From contig RDEW01000018.1 in assembly GCA_011109175.1 (NCBI GenBank), forward strand, positions 555,304-619,303: DNA of 64,000 nucleotides, written 5' to 3'. The first letter of the stretch is position 1, and the number at the start of each line of letters is the position of its first letter. The DNA comes from Dicyema japonicum (Eukaryota; Animalia; Dicyemida). Of this stretch, positions 1 through 12,300 are shown piece by piece. Made by a program: the position numbers and the translations under genes. A model generated the notes under the pieces. It worked only from the letters and a program-made list of their open reading frames with translations, was not told the DNA's origin and made no database searches.

Positions 1-2400
1 TCAGTACTATTGGGACAATCCTCACTTTCGCATGGTGTATTGATTCCAGTTCTTTCGATAAAAGGTCATACTTTCTCAAATTTTCGAATTCTACTTGTTG
101 GAGATTTTGGGTTGATGTTATACCCACTTCGACCAACAGTATTTGATTTTTTTATCGTAGATAAATAAATCTGGCTTGTTGTGTTCAATGTTTACATCGG
201 TTTTGATGAAAGTATCAACTCTTATCTCTACCGAATCATTCATCAAAATTGTTTGCACTGAGTGGGTTTTTAATCTTGTTTTGTTTTTGAGACCGTATTC
301 TTTACAAAAATAGAAGTGAAGGCACCGTACGACTTTATTATGTTTTCTGACGTAATCTCCGTGCAACATTTTGCCAAATCTTATAGCACAATGATCGACG
401 GTTTACTTCCATTTTTACACAAGGTGCAAATCCTGTTCACTTCTCCAAAGAAGAGATTTCTGTCCTGGTCTAAACAGAACAAGGCTTCCGATTTTGGAGA
501 ATTGTTATCCACAGAGATGAAAATTCAGTGTTTCCAAATTCTTCCAATAGGTTTTTTTACACTTGTGAATGAAAACTTTTCATACTTATTTGTTTCTTTA
601 AGTTTTCTTTTTGTAGGTCAATCAAAAATTTACTATCCAGGATAAATGTATTGTCAACAGAGTACTTCTCCCGCAAAAATTCTTCAATGGTAGCCATATG
701 TTTTACTTAAGGTTTCGGCGTAAAGAATAGCGGAACTTCTTCTGCAACAAGTACTTCTTCCTTTCAAATTGTTCAGAAAACCAAACAACATTCTCTCACT
801 GAGGAAAGAGATCGAGCACATTCCTCTCCTAGCATGTTTCGAGGTAGGTACAGTCTCTCTTTGCAAGCTGGTTTAAGGTGTATATGATATTTATTCAGCA
901 AACTACGGATAGAAGTATCAATCTTCTCAAATTCATTCGGTTCCAAATCAATTAATCCGATATAGTAATTGTATAAAGATAATGCATGTTCGTTAATTGC
1001 TTTAAAAAGGTTGACCGAGTTCAATTTAGTGTTTGCTATTTTTTTCTATTCTTTGGCATACTTCAGAAAATATTGTTTTAAGCATGTCTGTCTTGTTAAT
1101 TTGCCCAGATGGGCCTTCCAATACACCCAAATACTTATATCCATCAATTCCAGTTTTTTTCGAGACCAACAGATTTGAAATATAAATTGACTTGTTCCAT
1201 AATCTTAACAATAACTTCATCGTTCGAAATAAGTTTTAGGTCGTCTATGAATAAAAGATGATTAGTTGAAACGATGAAATTGACTGATCATTACTGGTAA
1301 TTGAAACTTTTGGATATCTGTTATTAAGGAATCGACTAAGTGGATCCAACACTAGCACAAATATCATAGGAGACAAACTATCTCCCTGTAAAATTACTCT
1401 TTGTAATTTGATGGTGCGTATATTTTCTTTATTCAAAAAAAGCTTGTGTTTCCAATTTTAAATAAGTATTTTAATTGCGTTAACAATCCACAATGGAATG
1501 TCAGAGTTTTCAAGGACATCGAAGAGAAAATCATAATTTACTGAGTCGAAAGCCATTTTAACGTCAATCCATGCAGCATAAAGTCAAAATCTGTTAGTTT
1601 TGTTAAGTGACTTATTCACCAGAGCCTGTTCCTTAGCACCTTGGGATCTCCTCCTAGTGCCCATTTGGTTTTCAGTAACTAGATCAAATGCTTCCGCATA
1701 GTCAGTTAGCTTCATATTAATGCATTTCGTCATGAGTTTTTATAACGATGGCATGCATGTAATCGGGTGGAAATCTTTTGGAGACTCAGGGGCAGTGCAT
1801 TTTGGGATCAAGTAAGTGAGTCCAGTGAAAAACCACTCTCCGGGCAAAGACGTGAACTTTTTAACACGAAAGTTGAAGACTCCATCGCAGCCTGGGGTCT
1901 TCCAGTTAGGCAGATATTTAATTGTTTTATTAAACTCATTTCTATTAAATCCAACGGGTACATTCTCGACGCCGGTTATTCTTTTTTCAATATCTACCCT
2001 CTCTATACATACATATTTCTTTTTGCAAACGTCTTCCCAAAAGTCTGCACATTTTTTATTATCAATAGACTCACTAACATTATTTGCCGTAGGGGATAGA
2101 TTTCTTTAAAATGATCTTCGATTTAATTCGAAGTTTAGATTATCAAGGCGGAATTTCTTACGGGACTCAGATACACACTTTTTCTTTTCGATAATTTTAT
2201 CTTCAATGTACGAAATAATCCTCCCTCTTTCACCATGATTTTTTTGTATCCTACTAAGGATAACACGTGGCAGGCCATAGGTTTTTCCTCTGATGACAAG
2301 TCTTCATAAAAATTTTTTAATTAGCAAAAAAAGGATTTCCACTTTTCGATTTTTACTTTTTCTAATCCGGTATCTCATTCCATTTTGATGGCTCATTTTT
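1..2400 (-). mobile_element. Degenerate RLE-type non-LTR retrotransposon (R4/Dong/NeSL-like), runs off the window start
   Basis: Across frames: IKYLPNWKTPGCDGVFNF, WIDVKMAFDSV, ILQGDSLSP (RT); HLKPACKERLYLPR; TVDH..GKMLHGDYVRKHNKVVRCLH (zinc knuckle); KPDLFIYDK..VEVGIT..RKYDLL (RLE). Many stops and frameshifts. Confidence 0.9.
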
Positions 2401-2467
2401 TTCACTGAAATAGTTTGATATGTAACTTGACCAGCATAAATAAAAGTAGAAATTTGATCCATAGAAA

Positions 2468-2800
2468 TTATAAAGTTGTTTTTAACCCTCTTGACATAAG
2501 GAATCTTTTTTGTTTGGGGTCTCGAGCTTTGTTCAATTGCTCGGCAATTATCAATTGTTCATAAATGTGCGTCGGCAGTGATTCGTAAAATTTAGGATCC
2601 AGGGACGGTGAAGACACATCAGGCTTTAGAATCTTGAGGTAACCTTGTTTATTTCCTCTCAAACTTAGTCTTGAACCCCTCCAAGAAAATATCCCATCCA
2701 CCTCTGGAGACACGACCTAGTCTAGAGCGCGTGCTTTTCAATAACTGAGGCAGCTCATTGATTTCGACAATCAGCTGTTAATGAAGAAATAATTGCCGTT
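2468..2800 (-). CDS. Unassigned ORF fragment with a UBM-like motif (LDPKFYESLPTHIYEQL)
   Basis: Motif resembles the ubiquitin-binding UBM (DP.v...LP..i..el); no other domain recognised. Confidence 0.25.
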
Positions 2801-3066
2801 GAACCGGAAATTTCGTGTTGTTTTGCTGAGGACGAATCTTAGAATCATCCGCGTCGGAAAACATGTCGGACAAGCTCGATGGCCGTTCGATTTGGGTTTT
2901 CTTTACTCAATTTCGGCACAGAAGTCCGCATTATCCGATGAATTTAGATGGTTCTTATCAACAACAACCATTAACCAGCAACGTGGTATATATAATAATC
3001 TACAAAAAGTCCAAAACATAGAGCTCAGAACAATATTGGATGTATCAAATCAACTCCTATTTTTTT

Positions 3067-3140
3067 ACCCCAAGATCACCGGATTAGAAAAAGTTAAAAG
3101 TTAATTACTAACTAAGTGATCCCGGTTTTTCGGGTTCCGG
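3067..3140 (-). mobile_element. LINE 3' tail with terminal hairpin
   Basis: Reverse complement reads gggatcacttagttag...gtgatcttgggg plus an A-rich tail, as in other LINE ends here. Confidence 0.7.
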
Positions 3141-3149
3141 CTCTCGTTC

Positions 3150-3680
3150 GGGTCCTCGAATATCCAACAGAATTGGTAAAAAACCCTATTGATCATCCTC
3201 ACTGGAAATCAAAAATCCTTCCAATTGGAGATCGCTTGAAAATAAGAGCTGCAGCCCAGACCATCTCTTTCACTCGCTATGCAAATCCAAAAACAAAGGA
3301 AAATTATGACAGCCTACGAGAACCATCTGAAGACTCGATGATAATAAATTACTACATTGGCCCCATCTTCCAATAGACAAGTCGGAATCCTCTCTTCCGT
3401 GGGACATCCGGGTAAACCTGGCTCACTAACCTCTCTACCGACGTACGTATGTAAACTGGATGATTTAAAAAATGTCCTCTGTTCCTTTTGCAACCTTTAC
3501 GAGTTGATAACAAATCACCTTGAATGTCCTGAATTGGTAACTTCTTCTACAATGCCTAGACTGACGATCTATGGGAGCGACCTGCATTGGTGCGTCTCTT
3601 AATAGCTGCTAGCCTTCTGCAAAGTAAGTAGGCCGGGTTACTTAACTAACCATCTCCGATTTGTATGTGACTTTCCCGTT
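3150..3680 (+). mobile_element. LINE ORF2 C-terminal fragment with zinc knuckle
   Basis: PIDHPHWKSKILPIGDRLKIRAA; CSFCNLYELITNHLECP; ends gggttacttaactaa...gtgactt. Confidence 0.65.
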
Positions 3681-3929
3681 CCTTTTGTCACAGCCATTCT
3701 TAATAATGTCAAATAGATCACACTCGAAACGACAAGCTGCCAGTGGACGAAGTTTTTGAGTTAAATGACTCTTAATGAACTAAGCAGAGTTAGTCTATAA
3801 GAGACCAAAACTTTGGATAGATGGATATTTATTTTATTATTGGAACTTTAAAAAATTATTTTTTATAAAAAATAAGTAAAATCTAGATTAATTAACTAAA
3901 GTTAAATTGTGTTAAAAATTAATATATCT

Positions 3930-4421
3930 CAGCGTTTGCAACTTTTCGTCAACAACCGAATTTAAGAGTTCATTTCCGAGTCCTCCGTTTGTCGAGATGC
4001 TATAAATAATACCAGTTCTCACGGAAATCGATATTTCCGGCCTTCCACCGTAAAATATATTTCCACGTCTTTCACCTGCCATTCAGTGAAAGAAGTACCA
4101 GAGGAGAATATAAATTCACAGAAAAGTAAAAATACACATTCACCGTGGCCTTCACGATTGGGAATCGTCTTGTTGGTGTACTCCACATAACCCTAAATTG
4201 GAAGGTTTCGTGGTATTCCGATCTTTCTTTTTTGATAAAATCCACGCAGTGAAGCCATTCTGGTCCACATGTCCATGTCTACCGTATTCGGATAGAAGGA
4301 ACCTTCAAGTAGTCTGTGATTAATTCCTCCGCTTTCTCGACAGTAAAGTTTTCACGTGTCAAGTGAAATGATTTTTGATTTTCTTATGATTTATATCAAT
4401 CAGAAAACCAGAAACAGCCAT
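3930..4421 (-). CDS. AKAP14: A-kinase anchor protein 14 (AKAP28 family), multi-exon; 3' end approximate
   Basis: Spliced translation MAVSGF...ELITDYLK|TWTCGPEWLHCVDFIKKERSEYHETFQFRVMWSTPTRRFPIVKATVNVYF...|VKDVEIYFTVEGRKYRFP matches the family motif W...WLHCVDF...WS.PTRR.PI..AT; introns of 22-24 nt. Confidence 0.8.
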
Positions 4422-4514
4422 GAATCTAATTTTGATGTTATCTTGGGAACAATTTGAAGTTTTAAATAAAATTTATTTTTAATTCATTAATATTACGATT
4501 TTTTTATATAAAAA

Positions 4515-4612
4515 TTAGTGGTACCTCTTCTATGACAGGTGAATGACGTGGAAACATACATCACGATGAAAGGTCGGAAATGTAGATTTCCGTGAGAACT
4601 GGTAGTGCAGTG
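4515..4612 (+). pseudogene. Inverted, diverged partial copy of an AKAP14 intron-exon-intron segment
   Basis: caggtgaatgacgtggaaacatac...gatttccgtgagaactgg matches the reverse complement of about 4012-4085. Confidence 0.7.
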
Positions 4613-5429
4613 GTTATTTCTGTCGCGACTGACTATTGTTCGATTCCTTGCTTGGTCGGGGGAATCATTTTTTTTCTTTGCCTCTTTCAACACCTAAAAC
4701 ACATCATGTGTTTTACCTATCCAAGGAGACTCTTAGTGCCTGGCCTGCATACAAAAAGGATCTCACTCTTCCCTACTCCACTTGAAGGGTTCCCACAATA
4801 TTTCCAGTTTTTCCTTCTGTCGTATACAGATTAATTACTCTTGATCACTCTACATAACTGGAAGCCTCTGGTCTGGCACATCACTTGCACGAATACCTTT
4901 GTCGCAGCCAATATCCACCTGAGCGTATCCAGATTCTGCTCGGCAACTATGAAAGCCGAAAAAGAGTATGTGACTTACCCGATGGAGTGATTTTTACTAC
5001 TCTAGCTGTTTGACTTTCGGTGCCGTAGGATCCTCGACTTTGACTCGACTTGGGAGTCAGATATCTCCGCGTTCGTTGTTATTCTTTCCCCTAAAGTGAT
5101 TTTCCACTAGTCAGGAATATTTACTTGTACTCATTTCTTCACGTAAGAATATCAAAATTTTGACTTCTCCTAACCCGAGGACCTGCCCATTTGGTCCCTA
5201 ATGCCAAATTGATCCCCGAAATCTAATTCTAACATAATATAAAAATCCACCGCTTCTAAGATGGGAACCAGGCCTTTGTGATCTCCAACCGTCAGTATAT
5301 ATCATTTTTACATTATCCTGAGCCACGTATGAAAATTGTCTTTTGCCTGTTAATCGCTATTTTATAAACGCGCAAATTTACTATTTTATAAAAATTATAA
5401 AAAAAAAACGATTTATTACGTAACAAAAC

Positions 5430-6170
5430 AAACAAAAAATAAATGCATATTAATTTATCTAACAACTTCGATGTGCCTCCTCACAGTCACTGTTGATCAT
5501 TCTGCTACAATGTGTAGCCAAATGATCCACTGATTTCTTAGCCTTCTTGCAATCCTTTCTTAGCGAAATGTACGATTTTCTTTCCAATTGAGTCAAAATT
5601 GAAAAAGCATACTTTCACTTTTATGGACAATCGAAGTAAACTCCCTTCCTCGTTTAGTTGGACTAATATATAATCTTTCCTTGTTTGGGAGCTTCAGGTG
5701 AATTTTATACTCTGACAAGACACGTCGAATATCTAAGATGTGAAGAGCATTCCTTGGTTCTCCCTCATCGATTAGCTATGATAACTGTTCTTTACTTAAA
5801 ATAAAGTGTTTCCTGTCTGGGAGGAGGTATAGCTAATATGGCTCTTCCATTACCAAAACAAAAATTTGGGTAGACAATTAGTCACCTTGCAGTATTCTAC
5901 TTCCTGAGACATTGGAGACTGGATGTCCATAGTAATTTCGGAAGCCCTTCTATTGGCTAGCTTGATTTGCATGGAATGTGTCCAAGAGATAAAATGATCC
6001 TATAGCACAGGCATATGAAATGCATGTTTCGACGTACTGCAAGTAGATGGAGTTCAAGACTTTTATAACTTTCATAATTCTTTAATAATTTTAAAAAAAC
6101 AAATTCCTCGCTAAAATTCAATCTAAACGTTAAGCCAGAGTAAAGCGACCAGTTATGGAAATGCCTCAAA
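5430..6170 (-). mobile_element. Patchwork of an RLE retrotransposon fragment (5430-5745), a SINE-A tail on + (5745-5850) and a LINE thumb fragment (5860-6170)
   Basis: HLKLPNKERLYISP and VDHLATHCSRM; SINE tail motif aactgttctttacttaaaataaagtgt; QYVETCISYACA. Confidence 0.7.
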
Positions 6171-6197
6171 CAGGACTATTGACTGCGAAGGTACACA

Positions 6198-6635
6198 CTG
6201 AACATTAACATACGAAAGCACATTAATCGCGAAAAATTGTACGTGAGCGTGTCATTCTGTTTGACGAATTTATATTTTTTGAAAACAAATTTATTATAGA
6301 AATGAACAAAAACGGTTCCCATTCAAAATTGCTTCTTTCAAAATGGCCTCCGATAAATTTTTTCAGGTTTTGGATAAGTTCATCAATAAAGGTATTTTAC
6401 CAAGGTCCTTGACATCTTTAGGTAAAAAAGTCATCTTTTTTAAATCTTATAAAAATTGATTTTAAGGAGTTAAAGTGGAGTTATTTTATTTGTGGAGTTA
6501 AAGTGGTCACTAAATCCACAGTGAACATTAACATAAGAAAGCACATTAATCGCGAAGAATTGTGCGTGTCATTCTGTGTTTGACGAGTTTATATTTTTTG
6601 AACACAAATTTATTATAGAAATGAACAAAAACTAT
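6198..6635 (+). repeat. Direct repeat of about 125 bp (6198-6325 and 6518-6635)
   Basis: tgaacattaacata.gaaagcacattaatcgcgaa...tttattatagaaatgaacaaaaac occurs twice. Confidence 0.85.
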
Positions 6636-6954
6636 TAAAGTAGCTGATCTCGAGTGAATGAATTCCATCTTAAGATTTGTATGGAAATGCACCTAATCAC
6701 CATCTCTCTTCTCGGCTCTTCATCCACATTTTTGTTATAACGACCCAAATGCGAGTTCGTGTGTCAGATGAACCCTAGTTTTTCTCCCAGTCTACATGCA
6801 ATAAAAGAGACCAACAATAATATGATAACACTACAAAGCGTCTATAAGAAAACCAACTTGGACCAATTTGACTAATAAACCAAATCCTATAATTTTACTA
6901 TAAATTTGGAATTTAAGAGAATAACGTTAAATAAGCTAATGTTAAAGATAATTT

Positions 6955-8506
6955 CTAATTAACCCACTGACGAATGATTTCGATTTCACGTCTCCTTGTG
7001 GCTGTGAGATTTGAGGAATCATTTGGAGATGACCTTCTCAAATCGACATGATGAGCTCCCCCTTCTATCAAAAGACTAAATATGTCATTGTTTATGTCCT
7101 CGCGACATTACCACCATACCAGGGATCAAGCTCTCCGTTGCTGAATATAATTTTGCTCATGGAATTTGTAAGGTTGTTCTCACGAGTAGCATGATTCGGT
7201 CGAAAGTCAACTCCATATGTGCTCATGCATATCTCTTGATATTGAGAAACGTTAAATGTGTAAGATGAACATGTTCGTGGGACTTTCGTTCGAACACAGG
7301 TAGTTCCCTAATTCCGTGCATGACTAAACTATTTTACTAATTTACTTGGTAATCCCAGAAATGATCCGTTTCTGAGGATCCGTAGACATTATACAGATCA
7401 TAGCAGTCTCCACTGTTTCCGGAGTAATTAAAGTAAAAATTAAAAGTTTTCCTGATTCCTTCTACTAATGTATCCTCCGTCATGTTTGGGGTCGAGAAGA
7501 ATCTCGCAATAACCTAAGAGTAAAAAACTAAGGGATCACTGAGACTGGATAGGTGGGAAGAGAAACGAATAGATTTGACGGAGTTGGATAATTCACCATC
7601 GCCGTGTTTATGAGGATTAACTCAAAGTAGCTCAATTTATCCAAAAAAATGTCGGTTTCACATGTTTCAATTGAATTCCATAAACCTCATTTCATAAAAC
7701 CAAAGACCACCTTCATCGGATTCCATCAACTCCCAAACTCGCTTAATATTTATCGGGCAAATTCCTCTGCCCTTCTGAATGCAGATGACGTCTTTTCAAA
7801 TAGCATTCCACAATTATCATTTCCATCAAAATTAAATAATGGAGCAGATGATGCGATCGCTCTGAATTTTTGATCAAAACAATAACCCAGAGATCCATTC
7901 TGGGTACTGCATTCTCATCCAGGCGGCAAGCATTCCTCCGTACGAACCTCCAAAGGTCACAATCTTGGTGTTCGGATTAAAGAGGGAACTAATAAGATCA
8001 ACAAAGTCTGCCATTGCTTGTTTCGTGGTTAAATAAATAAGCTGACTGACCTGAAGATTATATTAAAATCGACTTGTGATATATTTCTGTAGGGCTGTGA
8101 GTCTCCGTAATACCTATGTTCCGCGAAAATAACAATAGCGTTGAACGCGGGGCAATCTCCCAAACAAATCCCTATAATACTTTGGGCATAAAAACCGTTT
8201 TCAGAAAAATCTTCGATTCTTTCATCATTTCCAGATAGAAAAATACCGGTCCACCAGGTTTGTAGTGTTTATCAGAATAAATGTATTTCAAATTAAATTT
8301 ATAACTATTTGTGGAGTTAAAGTGGTCAAGCTAAAATACTCTAAAAATCCTTACATTTGTCTTGAACCACCTTATTTCGTAATCTAAGTTATATCCAGTG
8401 CCAGTAGTGGAACTTGGAAGTTGTAGTTTTCAGTCGACGTTTCATCAATTTGATACGAACTTGAAACAACAAAGAATGCCAAAAGTAATAGATTCATTTC
8501 TAGCAT
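6955..8506 (-). CDS. Peptidase S28 (lysosomal Pro-X carboxypeptidase / DPP2-like) with signal peptide, multi-exon
   Basis: LDHF, GGPVFFY, FAEHRYYGDS, TFGGSYGGMLAAWMRMQYP, AIASSAP, WDYQ|SCTE, IIFSNGELDPW, GAHHVDLR; introns of 22-26 nt; a few 1-nt frameshifts. PRCP versus DPP7 not resolved. Confidence 0.92.
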
Positions 8507-8899
8507 AATTGATAACATTTTATTTTGTTTTTTGGTTTACCACACTGAAATAAATAAAAAAACAAAATTTTGTTAAATTAATATTTATTTCATTACGACT
8601 CTTCCATTTGTTATTCTGAAATCCTTTTTAGTATCGATTTTGGAATGGTTAAGAATCGCTTAGAAAGAAAATCCTTGACACATTCCACGTGGATCAATCC
8701 GAAATTTGTCGGATTAGGTTGTTAACCCTCAATGATGTATAGTTGATCGAAAAACCTTTTAGATTTTGTTAAGCAATGACTTCATAAAAGTTGAAGATAA
8801 TTGGTTGATAAAAAGGGGATTATAGATCTGAATGCATAACCAAGAAAGTACTGCCATCTATAAGAATGAGAGACATCTGATTAAAATAAAACATAAATC

Positions 8900-9350
8900 G
8901 AATAAAATAAGACAATTAAAGGTCAAATGAGACACATATTGATCGAAATGAGGCATTCATATTTCGACTTGAGACAGATTCTGCTCAAAATAAGAATATG
9001 TCTATCAAAATGAGAGGCAACACAATAAATCTTGATACCTAACTTCAAAATATAAAAGTTTTTTTGAAAGTTTTTTTGAAAGTTTTTTAAAAAGTTTTAT
9101 GGTTATTTTGGAGCGTTATTTATAAAAGTGACTGAACCCATAAATTGAAGCCACTTATGATTTCAAAATCTAAAGTACCCAGATGTTTTAAAAATTATAA
9201 TTATGAATGTTTGGTAAATTATTTTCACTCTAATAGAGCATGGACGACCAGTTTTAATTTTAATCATTGGTTAATAAATTTGGCTAACGAATTGTTCCAT
9301 CAAAAAAGGGGATTTTACTACATTTATGAAAAAAAATTATATTTATGAAA
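8900..9350 (+). mobile_element. pogo/Tigger (DDE_1) transposase remnant
   Basis: KPLMISKSKVPRCFKN..NYFHSNRAWTTS..FNHWL; near-identical to the copy at 46300-46830 (-). Confidence 0.8.
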
Positions 9351-9539
9351 ATGAAAACGCAATTTATAATAATGAAAAACCCTTTAAGAATTAGTAAATC
9401 TTTAAAGTCCTAATATTCTTCTAATTATGAATATCAATAGTAGGTCCTACCGATCTGATGCCACTGTTCTGTGAGACCACAACCTTATGGTAGGAATAAA
9501 AGGCAATACTTGAAAATTCTGCACGGATTGTTGAGCTCT

Positions 9540-9910
9540 TCTGAAATGCGAGAAGAAACTGAACGTATTGAAAAGTTATCATGTTTCTCATATGCGTGCG
9601 CCTCGTGGAACCGTATATATCTTGGACAAATATGAGGAAAATTAAGGAAATGCAAAAGAAGGCTTACAGAGTAACGGAGCGTTGGATTTGTGAAGATCAC
9701 CGAACCGGACCTACGCCTCTGGAGGCCCTTATGAGACTAGACTTTAGATCACGGAAGGTGGCCCAAAAAATTCAAGCAGCCGTCCTGTACGTTCATGCGC
9801 AGGCACGAAGGAAGAACACCGGGCAAAGATGAGGTCACTGTTAGAATGCATCGGGATCACGTGATAATTAATTTGGTTTTACCGTGGTCTTGGGTTAAAT
9901 AAATAAAAAA
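9540..9910 (+). mobile_element. 5'-truncated LINE 3' end
   Basis: CFSYACASW...RPVRSCAGTKEEHRAKMRSLLECIGIT plus hairpin tail; matches 48300-48670 and 49935-50270. Confidence 0.85.
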
Positions 9911-9934
9911 AGAGTATGGCAACGTCTTTCTTCG

Positions 9935-10285
9935 AAGGTCTTGGCGGAAAGAAGTGTCTGATGACGTCGGATCTGACTGTCGTGGGTTCGAATACGAAAG
10001 ATGGATTTTTCAATGAAGGTCAATTCTCGTCAACCAGACCCCAACCGTAAGAAGACGAGTCCTTCTGGCATAACACAGTTGCTGATATGGATCTTCATAC
10101 CTTCTCCGTAACAAACTCCACTGGTGAAGATTGCCATCATGAAAACTTTTCCGTCTTACGAATGAAGTGAGTCAGCGATAGTAGTACGTGTGATAAAAAT
10201 GGAAGAGGGTGGACCTACTTATTCACTTCTTTTCGGAAGAAGTCTGTAATGGACTATAGGAAGATTGATTTGGCCGCAGCAGCGA
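9935..10285 (+). mobile_element. tRNA-derived SINE family B
   Basis: B box gggttcgaatac; body colinear with 42395-42720 and 18700-18922. Confidence 0.65.
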
Positions 10286-10574
10286 CGTTCTCCCATGGGT
10301 TCCTTGGATTAATTAATTATGACTGTTTGTGCTGGGCTAATATATAAAATAGCTCATCCATAACATCATTTATTGGTCAAGTTGTACTAGTTTCTGTAAT
10401 TACCACGTGGTTATTCTTTTACAAGAGGATACCCAATGCAAACTGTCATCGGCTCCCAACTGAGATACAGGTCATGCTTGATTAAGTTGATAAGCCTGTC
10501 AACTGGTTAGTGGTGTCGCTCGCGTTACATTTAGTCTTCGATTCTACGTGGTCTAAAAATAGCTTTTATTTCCT

Positions 10575-10860
10575 AAAAGCGTCATTGGATCTACTTAACT
10601 CAGAAAACGCTGAATGCTTGGATGGCACCAAAGAGGACCGTTCTTCCCTACTCCAGTAAGTGGAAACTGGAAACAATTAGACCAAGCGAATATTGAACCC
10701 ACAAAACCAAATCACTAAGAATCCTTAGCACACACGTTATTTATGTAAAGAACAGTTATAATAACTAATCGTACATGGAGAACCAAAGAATGCTCTTCTT
10801 TTTTCTTTTTGTTGTGTGTGAATCCTTCATAGACGATTCAGTTCCGCAGTGAAATGTTTA
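10575..10860. mobile_element. Pseudoknot-SINE fragment (+, 10579-10680) and SINE-A fragment (-, 10730-10860)
   Basis: gcgtcattggatct...ggcaccaaagaggacc; then aagaacagtt..ctaatcgta..gttccgcagtga. Confidence 0.6.
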
Positions 10861-11516
10861 ATTCCTATCTTTAATGCTTCAGAAATTCCTAATTCCGCAA
10901 CAACCAAATAGCGTGTGCCTGTGCGACTAAAATTCAGTTATGAGAACTATACGTGTTTGGCTGCATCGAACCAAGATGAGACCTCCGTGGAGCTTGCTGG
11001 GATCACGTGAGTAGATAGTTTGGTATTATCTAGGCCTTTGTATTCTTCATATCACTAAACAGAATTCCTTGAAACCTACTCAAACACGAGGTAGCGACAA
11101 TGAACAGGTCAATAATAGATGCTCACCTTCCTCGCCTCTTCCCTCTTTGGAATAACTGAGTCTGCCAGAACTCTATCTTTTAAACTAGTGATCCTGGGGC
11201 AATCAGTAATGACGCTCATCTGCGCCTGGATCCTGATCGATTCAGTATGAATAGCCACAACGATGGTGGTCAGCATCCCAATAACAATGCAGTGGGTTCG
11301 ATTCTTCCACTAGAAGTTACGCCTTTCCATTAATAAGCTAGCCATCATGTGATCCATCTATCCGGAAACACCCAGAACACAATCAAAGAAATTACTCGTC
11401 TTTTCCCATTGGGTCATTCCTTTGATGACTTCCCACAGCATTAATGTACTTCCAAAGCCTAGTGGAGACAGGGTTCACTTGACTGATGGTTCCAACCATA
11501 ATGACAATTAATGAAA

Positions 11517-11902
11517 TCACAATTTATTGTAATTAACGGCATCAAAGACTTTGCGGGCCTTTTTAAGTTGATGGTGCATGTGGAGGAGTTCGCGGATTCG
11601 GGAGTATTTAATATGGTCGTTACGGACAACGAATAGTATGTCGTCGACAGTGATTTTACCATGTGTCCCGAATTTGTAGGCTCTGTCAGTCTGTCGTGTA
11701 AAATTTTCTAATTACCACGTTTTTTATGAATGACAACACGAGATTCTCGAGGATACTGATGGATTCAGGATTGGAGGCTTTCTCATCGCCGAATGCGTAC
11801 ATCATTTGACGAACTATGAATTATATAAAGACTATTACGCTCTTTAACAAACATCCCGGAAATCCTTCCCTGGTACTGGTCCGCGTTGTCATCATCTCCA
11901 GA
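11517..11902 (-). CDS. TAF13: Transcription initiation factor TFIID subunit 13; start codon not resolved
   Basis: MFVKE|LRQMMYAFGDEKASNPESISILENLVLSFIKN|TDRAYKFGTHGKITVDDILFVVRNDHIKYSRIRELLHMHHQLKKARKVFDAVNY; introns of 25 and 28 nt. Confidence 0.92.
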
Positions 11903-12104
11903 CTAGAAACATTAAAATTAGTTAGTTAGTTGTTACACTAACAAAACATTAAAATAAAAGAAATTAATTAGGACAACAAACAACCATAACTTAAAATTTA
12001 AATTTAATATTATTTTTTCAAAAAATTTATAAAGAATATAATATTATTATGACGGTGGTTTTCTGGATCAATAAATTTAATTTAAAAGGTCCATTGGTGC
12101 TACC

Positions 12105-12300
12105 AGGTGGCGTAGTGTACCGATAGCTGGGCAAGAAACCTAATGGCCCTCGATTCGAATCTCGCTGCTGTACGATGCTTTGGGTTAACGATTGACACCA
12201 TCATCAGTTATCATTTCCCTACGGAACCGGATCGTCTACTTGAGGACTAAAGCTCAACATAAAGAAAAAAGGTTTCTGCTTTTTCTCTGCTCGAGGTTTC
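12105..12300 (+). mobile_element. tRNA-derived SINE family A
   Basis: A box tggcgtagtg, B box gattcgaatc, then gctgctg...cggaaccggatcgtcta as in the other copies. Confidence 0.75.

Noticed and set aside
7531-7545. gggatcact as a LINE tail
   Set aside because: It is the minus-strand splice donor (gtgatccc) of an S28 peptidase intron.
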